DNA of 64,000 nt. Origin: Mobula hypostoma (Eukaryota). The notes below the pieces were generated by a model. It had not been told where the DNA came from. It saw only the letters and a program-made list of their open reading frames with translations, and did no database searches. Shown piece after piece: positions 1-13,994 of this stretch; positions within the stretch are counted from its first letter, which is position 1, and each line of letters starts with the position of its first letter. The stretch is taken from NCBI RefSeq assembly GCF_963921235.1, contig NC_086100.1, positions 202,122,001 to 202,186,000 of the forward strand. The letters are read 5' to 3'. The position numbers and the translations under genes were made by a program.

Positions 1-1484
1 TGAAATATTTAAAATGTCGCTGTCTGCAGGTGAGGTGCCGGAGGATTGGAGAGTGGCTCATGTTGTTCCTTTGTTTAAAAAAGGATCAAAAAGTAATCCG
101 GGAAATTATAGGCCAGTAAGTTTAACGTCGGTAGTAGGTAAGTTATTGGAGGGAGTACTAAGAGACAGAATCTACAAGCATTTGGATAGACAGGGACTTA
201 TTAGGGAGAGTCAACATGGCTTTGTGCGTGGTAGGTCATGTTTGACCAATCTATTGGAGTTTTTCGAGGAGGTTACCAGGAAAGTGGATGAAGGGAAGGC
301 AGTGGATATTGTCTACATGGACTTCAGTAAGGCCTTTGACAAGGTCCCGCATGGGAGGTTAGTTAGAAAAATTCAGTCGCTAGGTATACATGGAGAGGTG
401 GTAAATTGGATTAGACATTGGCTCGATGGAAGAAGCCAGAGAGTGGTGGTAGAGAATTGCTTCTCTGAGTGGAGGCCTGTGACTAGTGGTGTGCCACAGG
501 GATCAGTGCTGGGTCCATTGTTATTTGTCATCTATATCAATGATCTGGATGATAATGTGGTAAACTGGATCAGCAAATTTGCTGATGATACAAAGATTGG
601 AGGTGTAGTAGACAGTGAGGAAGGTTTTCAGAGCCTGCAGAGGTACTTGGACCAGCTGAAAAAATGGGCTGAAAAATGGCACATGGAGTTTAATACTGAC
701 AAGTGTGAGGTATTGCCTGTTGGAAGGACAAACCAATGTAGAACATACAGGGTTAATGGTAAGGCACTGAGGAGTGCAGTGGAACAGAGGGATCTGGGAA
801 TACAGATACAAAATTCCCTAAAAGTGGCATCACAGGTTGATAGGGTCGTAAAGAGAGCTTTTGGTACATTGGCCTTTATTAATCAAAGTATTGAGTATAA
901 GAGCTGGAATGTTATGATGAGGTTGTATAAGGCATTGGTGAGGCCGAATCTGGAGTATTGTGTTCAGTTTTGGTCGCCAAATTACAGGAAGGATATAAAT
1001 AAGGTTGAAAGAGTGCAGAGAAGGTTTACAAGGATGTTGTCGGGACTTGAGAAACTCAGTTACAGAGAAAGGTTGAATAGGTTAGGACTTTATTCCCTGG
1101 AGCGTAGAAGAATGAGGGGAGATTTGATAGAGGTATATAAAATTATGATGGGTATTCATAGAGTGAATGCAAGCAGGCTTTTTCCTCTGAGGCAAGGGGA
1201 GAAAAAAACCAGAGGACATGGGTTAAGGGTGAGGGGGAAAAGTTTAAAGGGAACATTAGGGGGGGCTTCTTCACGCAGAGAGTGGTGGGAGTATGGAATG
1301 AGCTGCCAGACAAGGTGGTAAATGCGGGTTCTTTTTTAACATTTAAGAATAAATTGGACAGATACATGGATGGGAGGTGTATGGAGGGATATGGTCCGTG
1401 TGCAAGTCAGTGGGACTAGGCAGAAAATGGTTCGGCACAGCCAAGAAGGGCCAAAAGGCCTGTTTCTGTGCTGTAGTTTCTATG
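1..1484 (+). mobile_element. CR1 LINE, 3' part (RT domain plus 3' UTR); continues left of the window
   Basis: ORF 14..1321 has NYRPVSLTS, YMDFSKAFD, GVPQGSVLGP, KFADD and [13 protein letters not shown]; frameshift near the C-terminus; CR1-type 3' UTR ending TTTCTATG at 1484. Confidence 0.95.
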
Positions 1485-1487
1485 GTC

Positions 1488-1764
1488 ATACTTTATTGAT
1501 CCCGGGGGAAATTGGTTTTCGTTACAGTTGCACCATAAATAATAAATAGTAATAGAACCATAAATAGTTAAATAGTAATATGTAAATTATGCCAGGAAAT
1601 AAGTCCAGGACCAGCCTATTGGCTCAAGGTGTCTGACCCTCCAAGGGAGGAGTTGTAAAGTTTGATGGCCACAGGCAGGAATGACTTCCTATGACGCTCT
1701 GTGTTGCATCTCGGTGGAATGAGTCTCTGGCTGAATGTACTCCTGTGCCCACCCAATCCATTAT
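1488..1764 (-). mobile_element. Rex1/Babar-like LINE 3' end, left half of an element split by the CR1 at 1765-6260
   Basis: Minus-strand peptide STFSQRLIPPRCNTERHRKSFLPVAIKLYN; the same 3' end recurs at 7360-7617 and 23172-23389; sequence resumes at 6261. Confidence 0.75.
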
Positions 1765-4700
1765 AGAAACATAGAAAATAGGTGCAGGAGTAGGCCATTC
1801 GGCCCTTCGAGCCTGCACCGCCATTTATTATGATCATAGAAACATAGAAAATAGGTGCAGGAGTAGGCCATTCGGCCCTTCGAGCCTGCACCACCATTTA
1901 TTATGATCATGGCTGATCATCCAACTCAGAACCCCGCCCCAGCCTTCCCTCCATACCCCCTGATCCCCGTAGCCACAAGGGCCATATCTAACTCCCTCTT
2001 AAATATAGCCAATGAACTGGCCTCAACTGTTTCCTGTGGCAGAGAATTCCACAGATTCACCACTCTCTGTGTGAAGAAGTTCTTCCTAATCTCGGTCCTA
2101 AAAGGCTTCCCCGTTATCCTCAAACTGTGACGCCTCCTTCTGGACCTCCCCAACATCGGGAACAATCTTCCCGCATCTAGCCTGTCCAATCCCTTTAGGA
2201 TCTTATACGTTTCAATCAGATCCCCCCTCAATCTTCTAAATTCCAACGAGTACAAGCCCAGTTCATCCAGTCTTTCTTCATATGAAAGTCCTGCCATCCC
2301 AGGAATCAATCTGGTGAACCTTCTTTGTACTCCCTCTATGGCAAAGATGTCTTTCCTCAGATTAGGGGACCAAACTGCACACAATACTCCAGGTGTGGTC
2401 TCACCAAGGCCTTGTACAACTGCAGTAGTACCTCCCTGCTCCTGTACTCGAATCCTCTCGCTATAAATGCCAGCATACCATTCGCCTTTTTCACCGCCTG
2501 CTGTACCTGCATGCCCACTTTCAATGACTGGTGTATAATGACACCCAGGTCTCGTTGCACCTCCCCTTTTCCTAATCGGCCACCATTCTGATAATAATCT
2601 GTTTTCCTATTTTTGCCACCAAAGTGGATAACTTCACATTTATCCACATTAAATTGCATCTGCCATGAGTTTGCCCACTCACCCAACCTATCCAAGTCAC
2701 CCTGCATCCTCTTAGCATCCTCCTCACAGCTAACACTGCCATCCAGCTTCGTGTCATCCGCAAACTTGGAGATGCTGCATTTAATTCCCTCATCCAAGTC
2801 ATTAATATATATTGTAAACAACTGGGGTCCCAGCACTGTTCCTTGCGGTACCCCACTAGTCACCGCCTGCCATTCTGAAAAGGTCCCGTTTATTCCCACT
2901 CTTTCCTTCCTGTCTGCTAACCAATTCTCCATCCACATCAATACTTTACCCCCAATACCGTGTGCTTTAAGTTTGCACACTAATCTCCTGTGTGAGACCT
3001 TGTCAAAAGCCTTTTGGAAATCCAAATATACCACATCCACTGGTTCTCCCCTATCCACTCTACTAGTTACATCCTCAAAAAATTCTATGAGATTTGTCAG
3101 ACACAATTTTCCTTTCACAAATCCATGCTGACTTTGTCCGATCATTTCACCGCTTTCCAAATGTGCTGTTATCACATCTTTGATAACTGACTCCAGCAGT
3201 TTCCCCACCACTGACGTTAGGCTAACCGGTCTATAATTCCCCGGTTTCTCTCTCCCTCCTTTTTTTTAAAAAGTGGGGTTACATTAGCCACCCTCCAATA
3301 CTCAGGAACTAGTCCAGAATCTAACGAGTTTTGAAAAATTACCACTAATGCATCCACTATTTCTTGGGCTACTTCCTTAAGCACTCTAGGATGCAGACCA
3401 TCTGGCCCTGGGGATTTATCTGCCTTCAATCCCTTCAATTTACCTAACACCACTTCCCTACTAACATGTATTTCACTTAGTTCCTCCATCTCACTGGACC
3501 CTCTGTCCCCTACTATTTCTGGAAGATTATTTATGTCCTCCTGAGTGAAGACAGAACCAAAGTAATTATTCAATTGGTCTGCCATGTCCTTGCTCCCCAT
3601 AATCAATTCACCTGTTTCTGTCTGTAGGGGACCTACATTTGTCTTTACCAGTCTTTTCCTTTTTACATATCTATAAAAGCTTTTACAGTCCGTTTTTATG
3701 TTCCCTGCCAGTTTTCTCTCAATCTTTTTTTCCCTTCCTAATTAAGCCCTTTGTCCTCCTCTGCTGAACTCTGAATTTCTCCCAGTCCTCAGGTGAGCCA
3801 CTTTCTCTGGCGAATTTGTATGCTTCTTCTTTGGAATTGATACTATCCCTAATTTCTCGTCAGCCACGGGTGCACTACCTTCCTTGATTTATTCTTTTGC
3901 CAAACTGGGATGAACAATTGTTGTAGTTCATCCATGCAACCTTTAAATGCTTGCCATTGCATATCCACTGTCAATCCTTTAAGTGTCATTTGCCAGTCTA
4001 TCTTAGCTAATTCACATCTCATACCTTCAAAGTTACCCCTCTTTCAGTTCAGAACCTTTGTTTCTGAATTAACTATGTCACTCTCCATTTTAATGAAGAA
4101 TTCCACCATATTATGGTCACTCTTACCCAAGGGGCCTCTCACGACAAGATTGCTAATTAACCCTTCCTCATTGCTCAAAACCCAGTCCAGAATAGCCTGC
4201 TCTCTAGTTGGTTCCTCGACATGTTGGTTCAAAAAACCATCCCGCATACATTCCAAGAAATCCTCTTCCTCAGCACCTTTACCAATTTGGTTCACCCAAT
4301 CTACATGTAGATTGAAGTCACCCATTATAACTGCTGTTCCTTTATTGCACACATTTCTAATTTCCTGTTTAATACCATCTCCGACCTCATTACTACTGTT
4401 AGGTGGCCAGTACACAACTCCCACCAGCGTCTTCTGCCCCTTAGTGTTACGCAGCTCTACCCATATCGATTCCACATCTTCCCGGCTTTTGTCCTTCCTT
4501 TCTATTGCGTTAATCTCTTCTTTAACCAGCAACGCCACCCCACCTCCCCTTCCTTCATGTCTATCCCTCCCGAATATTGAATATCCCTGAACGTTGAGCT
4601 CCTATCCTTGGTCACCCTGGAGCCATGTCTCTGTGATCCCAATTATATCATAATCATTAATAACAATCTGCACTTTCAATTCATCCACCTTATTACAAAT

Positions 4701-6260
4701 GCTCCTTGCATTGACACACAAAGCCTTCAGGCACTCTTTTACAACTCTCTTAGCCCTTATACAATTATGTTGAAAAGTGGCCCTTTTTAATGCTTGCCCT
4801 GGATTTGTCAGCCTGCCACTTTTACTTTTCTCCTTAGTACTTTTTGCTTCTACCCTCACTTTACACCCCTCTGTCTCTCTGCACTGGTTCCCATTCCCCT
4901 GTTGTGAACTAACCTCCTCACGGCTAGCCTCTTTAATTTGATTCCCAGCCCCCAACCATTCTAGTTTAAAGTCACCTCAGTAGCCCTCGCTAATCTCCCT
5001 GCCAGGATATTGGTCCCCCTAGGATTCAAGTGTAACCCGTCCTTTTTGTACAGGTCACGCCTGCGCCAAAAGAGGTCCCAATGATCCAAAAACTTGAATC
5101 CCTGCCCCCTGCTCCAATCCCTCAGCCACGCATTTATCCTCCACCTCATCGCATTCCTACTCTCACTGTCGCGTGGCACAGGCAGTAATCCCGAGATTAC
5201 TACCTTTTCTCAACTCCCTTCCTAGCTCCCTATATTCTCCTTTCAGGACCTCATCCCTTTTCCTACCTATGTCATTGGTACCTATATGTACCACGACCTC
5301 TGGCTCCTCACCCTCCCACTTCAGGATATCTTGGACATGATCAGAAATATCCCGGACCCTGGCACCAGGGAGGCAAACTACCATCCGGGTCTCTGGACTG
5401 CGTCCACAGAATCGCCTATCTGATCCCCTTACTATTGAGTCCCCTATCACAACTGCCCTCCTCTTCCTTGCCCTACCCTTCTGAGCTACAGGGCCAGACT
5501 CTGTGCCGGAGGCATGGCCACTGTCGCTTCCCCCAGGTAAGCTGTCCCCCCCAACAGTACTCAAACAGGAGTACCTATTGTTAAGGGGCACAGCCACCGG
5601 GGTACTCCCTATTACCTGACTCTTCCCCTTCCCCCTCCTAACCGTGACCCACTTATCTGCCTCCCGTGGCCCCGGCGTGACCACCTGCCTGCAACTCCTC
5701 TCTATCAACTCCTCACTCTCCTTGACCAGACGAAGGTCATCGAGCTGCAGCTCCAGTTCCGTAACGCGGTCCCTTAGGAGCTGCATCTCGATGCACTTGG
5801 CGCAGATGTAGACGTCCGGGAGGCTTGGAGACTCCAGGGCCTCCCACATCCGACACCGAGAACAGCAAACTGCCCTCACACTCATACTGCCCCTCTCCTC
5901 AAATAACAACAGAAAATGAATGCCAAACCTTCCTCGCCTCGCCCGTTTCCGCCTAAGCCCGTTGAACCGAAGCCCTTAAGCCTTCACTCTGCTCCCGGCT
6001 CACTCCGCAGCCCGCAAACTATGCTGCCCGCTCTATGAGGCTTTGTTCCTTTTAAATCTGCCGCGCTGCACTGCCCGACGTCACACGCCTGCGCAGTCCC
6101 GCCTCTCAGAACGCCGTTGGAGAAAAAAAAAACCAAAATTTCAAAAATGTCTTTCTCGGCACTCCCACTCAGACTCTCAGACTCCTTCTTCGAATCAAAC
6201 CCGAAGCAGGATTTCTGCCCTTTTAAATCTGCCGCGCTGCACTGCCCGACGTCACATGCC
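1765..6260 (-). mobile_element. Full-length CR1 LINE (about 4.5 kb; 5' UTR, ORF1, ORF2 APE-RT, 3' UTR), with frameshifts
   Basis: TTAT at 1761-1764 and 6261-6264 (TSD); (TTTCTATG)n tail; ORF2 fragments 4602-4955 (CVNARSI, GITETWL), 4044-4538 (MGDFN, SDHNMV), 3217-3606, 2357-3211 (KFADD), 1926-2384. Confidence 0.95.
4961..5909 (-). pseudogene. CR1 ORF1: CxxC..CxxC zinc finger, coiled coil and SGNH/GDSL esterase domain (frameshifted near 5200)
   Basis: CSRC...CAKC; heptad VTELELQLDDLRL; VIGDSIVRG, CLPGA, HIGTNDI; DGLHLN in ORF 4961..5179. Confidence 0.9.
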
Positions 6261-6525
6261 TTATGTAGTGGATGGGAGACATTGACGAAGATGGCATGCA
6301 ACTTAGACAGCATCCTCTTTTCAGACACCACCGTGAGAGAGTCCAGTTCCATCCCCACAACATCACTGGCCTTACGAATGAGTTTGTTGATTCTGTTGTT
6401 GTCTGCCACCCTCAGCCTGCTGCATCAGCACACAACAGCAAACATTATAGCACTGGCCACCACAGACTCGTAGAACATCCTCAGCATCGTCCGGCAGATG
6501 TTAAAGGACATTAGTCTCTTCCGGA
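6261..6525 (-). mobile_element. Rex1/Babar-like LINE fragment, continuation of 1488-1764
   Basis: Peptides MFYESVVASAIMFAVVC and NRINKLIRKASDVVG. Confidence 0.75.
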
Positions 6526-7183
6526 AATGGAGACCCTTAGCCTTCAATTGCTGCTCATATGATAACCCTTCCATTCCCAGAATCATTCTCGTGAAATTCC
6601 TCTGCACCTTCTCCAACGTCAGCATATCCTTTCTAAGCGAAGGGGCTCAAAACTGCTAATACTCCAAGTGAAGCCTCACCAGTGCCCTATACAGCCTCAG
6701 CATTAACTTTATATTCCAGTCCTCTTGAAATGAATGCTGACATCACATTTGCCTTCCTCACCACCAATTCACCCTGCAGATTATGGGATTTTCCCTATGC
6801 AGGCAGATTGGGAAAATCAGGTTGGTGCTGGATTCCAGGAGAGGGAATTTCTAGAGTACCTACGAGATGGCTTTTAGAGCAGCTTATGGTTGAGTACACT
6901 AGGAGATCAGCTATTCTGGATTGGTTGTGTAATTTATTAAAGATTTTTAGGTAAAAGAACACTGGCAGGAATGAAGGCAAAGCAGCGATGGCTGGAATTT
7001 TGGGATACAGTTCAATGCAATACATAATCTAGCAGAGAGAAAAAAAAATAAATAAATGAGTAAATCAGTTACATATATTGAATAGATTTTAAAAGTGTAA
7101 AAACAGAAATACTGTTTTTTTTTCAAAAGTGAGTTCTTCGAAAGAGGAAGTAGTATTTTAAAGGAAAGATGATACAACCATGG

Positions 7184-7617
7184 CTAACAAGAGACCGTTC
7201 GGGCTGACCAGAAGTGCACTGAGAGTGGTAAGCGTAAAGGAGTTGGGGGCTTGCTGTTCTGGTTAACAACAGATGGTGCAATCCAGGTCATATTACGATC
7301 GAGGAACGTGTTTGTAGACCGGATATTGAACTTTTTACTGTTGGACTTCAGCCATATTCCACCGAGATACAACACTGGGCAGCACGGGAGGTCGTTTCTG
7401 CCTGTGGCCATCGAACTTTGCAGCTCCTCCCGTGGAGGGTCAGACACCCTGAGCCAATAGACTGGTCCTGGACTTATTTTCCATCTGGCATAGTTTGAAT
7501 TTTGTTGTTTGATTGTTTGTGGTTTTTGTATTGCTATATTTATGCTCTATTCTTGGTTGGTGCGGCTGTAACGAAACCCAATTTCCCTTGGGATCAATAA
7601 AGTATATCTATCTATCT
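7184..7617 (+). mobile_element. Rex1/Babar-like LINE relic (endonuclease piece joined to the 3' end, (TATC)n tail)
   Basis: RAD..SGK..G.GLAVLVNNRWC-like APE segment; 3' end matches 1488-1700 in reverse complement. Confidence 0.65.
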
Positions 7618-7619
7618 TA

Positions 7620-9540
7620 AGAGAAGTCCAAGTCAAGATAAAAGTCAAAAAGAGGGCATGTAATGCAGCAAAAGTTAGTGTGAAGTTAGAGGATTGGGAA
7701 GCTTTTAAAAAACAACAGAAGACAATTAAAAAAGGCATCAAGAAGGTAGAGATGGAATATGAAAGTAAGCTGGCCAATAATATTAAAGAGGATACCAAAA
7801 GTTTCTTCAGATACAAGTGTAAAAGAGAGGCAAGAATGAATATCAGACCACTGGAAAACGATGCTGGAGAGGAAGTAATGGGGGAAAACGAAATGGTGGA
7901 CAAACTGAATAAGTATTTTGCATCAATCTTCACTGTGGAAGAAACCAACAGTATGCTGGAAGCTGCAGGTGTTGGGGGGAAGGGGGGAATGAGGAGTGTG
8001 AAGTTACCATAACTAGAGAGGTGGTGTTTGGGAAACTGAAAGGTCTGAAGGTAGATAAGTGACCTGGAACAGATGGTGTACGCCCCAGGGATCTGAAAGA
8101 GGCGGTTGAAGAGATTATGGAAGCATTAGTAATTATCTTTCAAGAATCACTAGATTCTGGAATGGTTCCGGAAGACTGGAAGATTGCACGTCATTCCACT
8201 CTTCAAGAAGGGAGAGAGGCAGAAGAACGGAAACTATTGGCCAGCTAGTCTGACTTCAGTGGTTGGGAAGATATTGGAGTCAATTATCAAGGATGAGTTC
8301 TCAGGGTACTTGGAGGCACATGATAAAATAGGTCGTGGTCAGCATGCTTTCCTCAAGGGAAAATCTTGCCTGACAAATCTGTTGGAACTCTTTGAAGAAA
8401 CAACAAGCAGGATAGACGAAGGAGAATTGGTTGATGCTGTGTACTTGGATTTGCAGAAGGCGTTTGAAAAGCAGCCACACATGAGGCTGCTTATGAGCCC
8501 ATGGAATTACAGGAAAGATTCTATCTTGGATAAAGCAGTGGCTGATCAGCAGGAGGCAAACACTGGGAATAAAGGGAGCCTTTTCTGGTTGGCTGCCTGT
8601 GACTAGTGGTGTTACACACGGGTCTGTGTTGGGACCGAATCTACTTCATTTGGTGGCTTTGATGCAAAGTTTACAGACGATATGAAGATAAGTGGAGGGC
8701 CAGGTATTTTTGAGGAAGTAGAGAGGCTACCGAAGGACTTAGACAGATTAGGAGAATGGGCAAAAAAGGCAGCTGGAATACAGGAAGTGTATGGTCATGC
8801 ACTTTGCTAAAAGAAATGAAAGGGTTGACTGTTTTCTAAATGAAGAGAAAATACAAAAAATACTGAGGCACAAGGGGTCTTTGGAGTCCTTGTAAGGATT
8901 CCTTAAGGTTAATTTGCATGTCGAGTCTGTGGTGAGGAAGGTAAATGCAATATAATACAAAAGCAAGGATGTAATGCTGAGGCTTCACTTGGACTACTGT
9001 GAGCAGTTTTGGGCCCCTTATCCAAGAAAGGATGTGCTGACATTGTAGAGGGTTCAAAGGTTCACAAAAATGATTCTGGGATTGAACAGTTTGTCATATG
9101 AAAAGCATTTGGTGGCTATGGGGCCTGTATTCACTGGAATTCTGAAGAATGTGGGGTGACCTAATTGAAACCTACTGAATGTTGAAAGGCCTCAGTAGAG
9201 TGGATGTGGGGAGGACGTTTTCTATGGCGGGAGTGTCTAGGACCAGAGGACTCTGCTTCAGAATAGAGGGTTGTCCTTTTAGAATGGGGATGAGGAGGAA
9301 TTTCTTTAGTCTGACAGAAGCTAATCTGAGGAATTTGTTGCCAGAGGCAAGTATGGAGGCCAAGTCTTGACATAAATTTAAGGCAGTGGTTGATAGATTC
9401 TTGATTACTCCTGGCAAGAAAGGATACGGGGAGAAGGCAGAGATTGGGGCTGAGAGGGAACATGGATCAGCCATGAAGTAGGGGAGCAGACTCGATGGGT
9501 TGAATGGCCTAATTCTGCTCCAATGTTTTATCTTATGGTC
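7620..9540 (+). mobile_element. Degenerate 5'-truncated CR1 LINE
   Basis: ORFs 7680-8012 and 8184-8606 (SCLTNLLE, YLDLQKAF); CR1 3' UTR ending CTTATGGTC. Confidence 0.9.
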
Positions 9541-9544
9541 ATTA

Positions 9545-10555
9545 ATGACTACTGCACGACGGGTTTGTTATCTACCATCTATACACACACACTCAATTCC
9601 AGCCTTCCAGACAATGTCAACCCACTGCAAATACTCTGCTACGGTGGACACAGTCTCCCAGGCCCTACGTTCATCTCTCAAGTATCTGGACAGTAAACGC
9701 ACTTATATCAGACAATCACAACGCCAACTATTACAACTATCTGTCTATTGTTTATTAACTACAGCTCCACTTTCAATACTATAATTCCAAGCAAACTCAG
9801 TCGGAGTACAGACAGGAGATCGAGAGCTTAGTGACTAGGTGCTATAACAACCTTAGTCTCAATGTCAGCTAAACAAAAGAGCTGGTCATTGACTTCATAA
9901 ATGGGGGGGGGGGGCTTAGCGGTGCACACACTCCTGCATATTTCAGTGTGTGGAGATTGAGAAGGTTGAGAGTTTCAAGTTCCTAGGAGTGAACATCACC
10001 ACTAGCCGGTCCTGGTCTAACCACAATGACACCCTGGCCAAGAAAGCTCAATAACACCTCCTCCCACCATTCAAATCTACTCCAGGTTTTTTTATCCTCA
10101 GAATCAGGCTTATTATCACCAGCGTGTCGTGAAATTTGTTAACTTAGCAGCAGCAAGTCAATGCAACACATAATATAGAAGAGGAAAAATAAATAAATCA
10201 ATTACAGTATATGTATAGATTAAAGATCATGTAAAAACAAAAGTATAAATTTCAAAAAGTGAGGTAGTGTTCACGGGTTCAATGTCCATTTAGGATCGGA
10301 TGGCAGAGGGGAAGAAGCTGTTCCTGAATCACTGTGTGTGCCTTCAGGCTTCTGTACCTCCTGCCTGATGGTAACAGTGAGAAAAGGGCATTCCCTGGGT
10401 GCTGGGGGCCCTTAATAACGGACTCTGCCTTTTTGAGACACCGCTCTATGAAGATGTCCTGGGTACTTTGTAGGCTAGTACCCAAGATGGAGCCAACTAA
10501 ATTTACAACCCTCTGCAGCTCCTTTCGGTCCTGTGCAGTAGCCACCCTCACCCAC
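9545..10555. mobile_element. Old Rex1-like LINE fragments in both orientations
   Basis: Plus-strand RT remnants (KTKELVIDF, FKFLGV); minus-strand C-terminus HPGNALFSLLPSGRRYRSL. Confidence 0.65.
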
Positions 10556-10559
10556 CACA

Positions 10560-11859
10560 CTAGTGCTCAGAGGATGTGCAGACCAACTGGCAGATGTTCT
10601 CACTGACATCTTCAACATCTCCTTGAGCAGCGTCGTCGTTCCTACGTGCTTCAAGGTCACCACCATCGTCCCCGTGCCGAAGAAGTCTTCAGTGTCCTGC
10701 CTCAACGACTACCGTCCCGTTGCACTCACAACCATCGTCATGAAGCGTTTCAAGAGGCTCGCCGTGAGGCACATCAAGACCCTGCTGCCCCCCCTCACTG
10801 GACCCCCTGCAGTTCGCGTATCGTCCCAACCGTTCAACAGATGACGCCATTGCCATCACCCTCCACCTGGCCCTCACCCACCTGGACAAAAAAGACACGT
10901 ACATTCGAATGCTGTTCATAGACTTCAGTTCAGCATTCAACACAATCATTCCTCAGCACCTGATTGGAAAGCTGAAACTGCTGGGCCTGAACACCTCCCT
11001 CTGCAACTGGATCCAAGACTTCCTGACTGGGAGACCTCAATCAGTCCGGATTGGAAGCAGCATCTCCAACACCATCACACTGAGCACGGGGGCCCCCCAG
11101 GGCTCTGTGCTCAGTCCACTGCTGTTCACTCTGCTGACCCACGACTGTGCTGCAACACACAGCTCGCACCACATCATCAAGCTGATGACACGACCGTGGT
11201 GGGTCTCATCATAAAGAATGATAACTCAGCATACAGAGAGGAGGTGCAGCGGCTAACGGACTGGTGCAGAGCCAACAACCTGTCTCTGAATGTGAACAAA
11301 ACAAAAGAGATGGTTGTTGACTTCAGGAGGACACGGAGCGACCACTCTCTGCTGAACTTCGACGGCTCCTCCATTGAGATCGTTAAGAGGACCAAATTTC
11401 TTGGTGTTCCCCTGGCGGAGAATCTCACCTGGTCCGTCAACACCAGCTCCATAGCCAAGAAAGCCCAGCAGCGTCTTTACTTTCTGCGAAGGCTGAGAAA
11501 TGTCCATCTCCCACCCCCCCCATCCTCACTACATTCTACAGAGGATGTATTGAGAGCATCCTGAGCAGCTGCATCACTGCCTGGTTCGGAAATTGCACCG
11601 TCTCGGATTGCAAGACTCTGCAGCGGATAGTGAGGTCAACTGAAAAGATCATCGGGGTCTCTCTTCCCGCCATTAGAGACATTTACACCACACGCTGCAT
11701 CCGCATTGTGAAGGACCCCAGGCACCCCCATACAAACTCTTCTCTCTCCTGCCATCTGGCAAAAGATACCGAAACATTCAGGCTCTCACCACCAGACTGT
11801 GCAACAGTTTCTTCCCCCAAGCCATCAGACTCCTCAATACCCAGAGTCCAGTTTGACAC

Positions 11860-11890
<31 letters not shown>

Positions 11891-12205
11891 AACTGAACAC
11901 CACTCCACTCCCTTTGCAATTTTTGCTCATTTCTTTCTCAATTCCTGCTAAAGCATTGTTTACATTTACATCATTTATTATATTGTAATTTGTCCTTTAC
12001 TGTGCCTATTGTCTTGTTTATTCATTATTGTACTGTCTTGCACTGTTTTGTGCACTTTATGTAGTCCCGTTTAAGTCTGAAGTCTAAAGTAGGTTTCTGT
12101 TGTTTCAGGTAGTCTAGTGTAGTTTTGTGTTGTTTCATGTAGCACCATGGTCCTGGAGGATCATTGTTTCGTTTTTACTGTGTACTGCACCAGCAGTTGT
12201 GGTTG
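10560..12205 (+). mobile_element. Rex1-like LINE RT and 3' UTR, containing a (CA)n microsatellite at about 11860-11888
   Basis: [61 protein letters not shown]. Confidence 0.9.
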
Positions 12206-12214
12206 ACGTGAAAG

Positions 12215-13770
12215 TGGCAAATAAAATACAGTGCTGGAAAATGCATAGTCATGCACTTTGGTAGTAGAAATAAATGTGCAGACTATTTTCTAAACAGGGA
12301 GAAAACCCAAAAATCTGAGATGCAGAGGGACTTGGGAGCCCTTGTGCAGAACACCCTAAAGGTTAACTTGCAGGTTGAGTTGGTGGTGAGGAAGGCAAAT
12401 GCCATGTTAGCATTCATTTCAAGAGGTCTAGAATACAAGAGCAGGGATGTGATGCTGAGGCTTTATAAGGCACTGGTGAGGCCTCACCTTGAGTATTGTG
12501 AACAGTTTTTGGCCCCTCATCTTAGAAAAGATGTGCTGGCATTGGAGAAGGTCCAGAGGAGGTTCACAAGGATGATCCCAGGAATGAAAGGGTTACACAC
12601 GAGAAACGTTTGATAACTCTGGATCTGTACTCACTGGAATTCAGAAGGATGGGGGAGGATCTAATTGAAACCTTTCGAATGTTGAAAGGCCTAGACAGAG
12701 TAGATGTGGAAAGGATGTTTCCCGTGGTGAGAGAGTCGAGGACAAGAGGGCACTGCCTCAGGATAGAGGAGTGTCCATTTAAAACAGATGCAAAGAAACT
12801 TCTTTAGTCAGAGGGTGGTGAATTTGTGGAATCTATTTCCATAGGCACCGGAGAAGTGTGAGGTGGTACACTTTGGAAGCACAAACTCCAAGACAGAGTA
12901 CGAAGTAAATGGCAGGATACTTGGTAGTGTGGAGGAGCAGGAGGATCTGTGGGTACATGTCCACAGATCCCTGAAAGTTGCCTCACAGTTAGATAGGGTA
13001 GTTAAGAAAGCCTCTTGCTTTCATAAGTCGAGCAATAGAATTTAAGAGTCACGAGGTACTGATGCAGCTCTATAAAACTCTGGTTAGGCCACACTTGGAG
13101 TACTGTGTCCAGTTCTGGTCGCCTCACTATTGGAAAGGATACAGAGGAGATTTACCAGGATGCTGCCTGGTTTAGAGAGTGTGGATTATGATCAGAGATT
13201 AAGGGAGCTAGGGCTTTACTCTTTGGAGAGAAGGAGGATGAGAGGAGACATGATAGAGGAATACAAGATATTAAGAGGAATAGATAGAGTGGATAGCCAG
13301 CGCCTCTTCCCCAGGGTACCACTGCTCAAAACAAGGTACATGGCTTTAAGGTAAGGGGTGGGAAGTTCAAGGGGGATATTAGAGGAAGGTTTTTTACTCA
13401 GAGAGTGGTTGGTGCGTGGAATACACTGCCTGGGCAGTGGCGGAGGCAGATACACTAGTGAAATTTAAGAGACTACTAGACAGGCATATGGAGGAATTTA
13501 GGGTGGGAGGTTATATGGGAGGCAGGGTTTGAGGGTCAGCACAACATTGTGGGCCGAAGAGCCTGTCCTGTGCTGTACTATTCTATGTTCTATGAAGGAC
13601 AGGTCGCTGACTGTACTTAAGGCAGAGATTGATAGGTTCTTCATTGGACATGGCATCAAAGATTACAGGGAGAAGGCCAGGAACTGGGGTTGAGGACGAT
13701 CAGCCACGACCGAATGGCAGAGCAGACTCGAAGGGCCAAATGGCCTAATTCTATGTCTTTTGGTCTTATC
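12215..13770 (+). mobile_element. CR1 3' fragment containing a nested CR1 3' fragment (about 12850-13594)
   Basis: Two sets of LVRPHLEYC / QRRFTRM motifs; the inner element ends (TTCTATG)2 at 13594 and the outer 3' UTR resumes. Confidence 0.85.
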
Positions 13771-13994
13771 GTCTAATCCTATCGGGCACAAGATACAAAA
13801 TCCTGAAAGCACGTACAAGGACAGCTTCTATCCACTGTTAGAAGACTATTGAATGATCTCCTAGTATGAGAGATAAGACTCCTGTCTTCACAAGCTAACT
13901 TGTTAAAATCTTTCACCGTAGAGCAGGCAGGCAATTTTTCTGTAGCTGGTACACTTTATTCTATATTGTTATTGTGTTCCCTTATGCTATCTCA

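Noticed and set aside
14..1321. 435-aa RT ORF as a domesticated host gene
   Set aside because: Ordinary CR1 ORF2 segment with a C-terminal frameshift and a standard CR1 3' UTR
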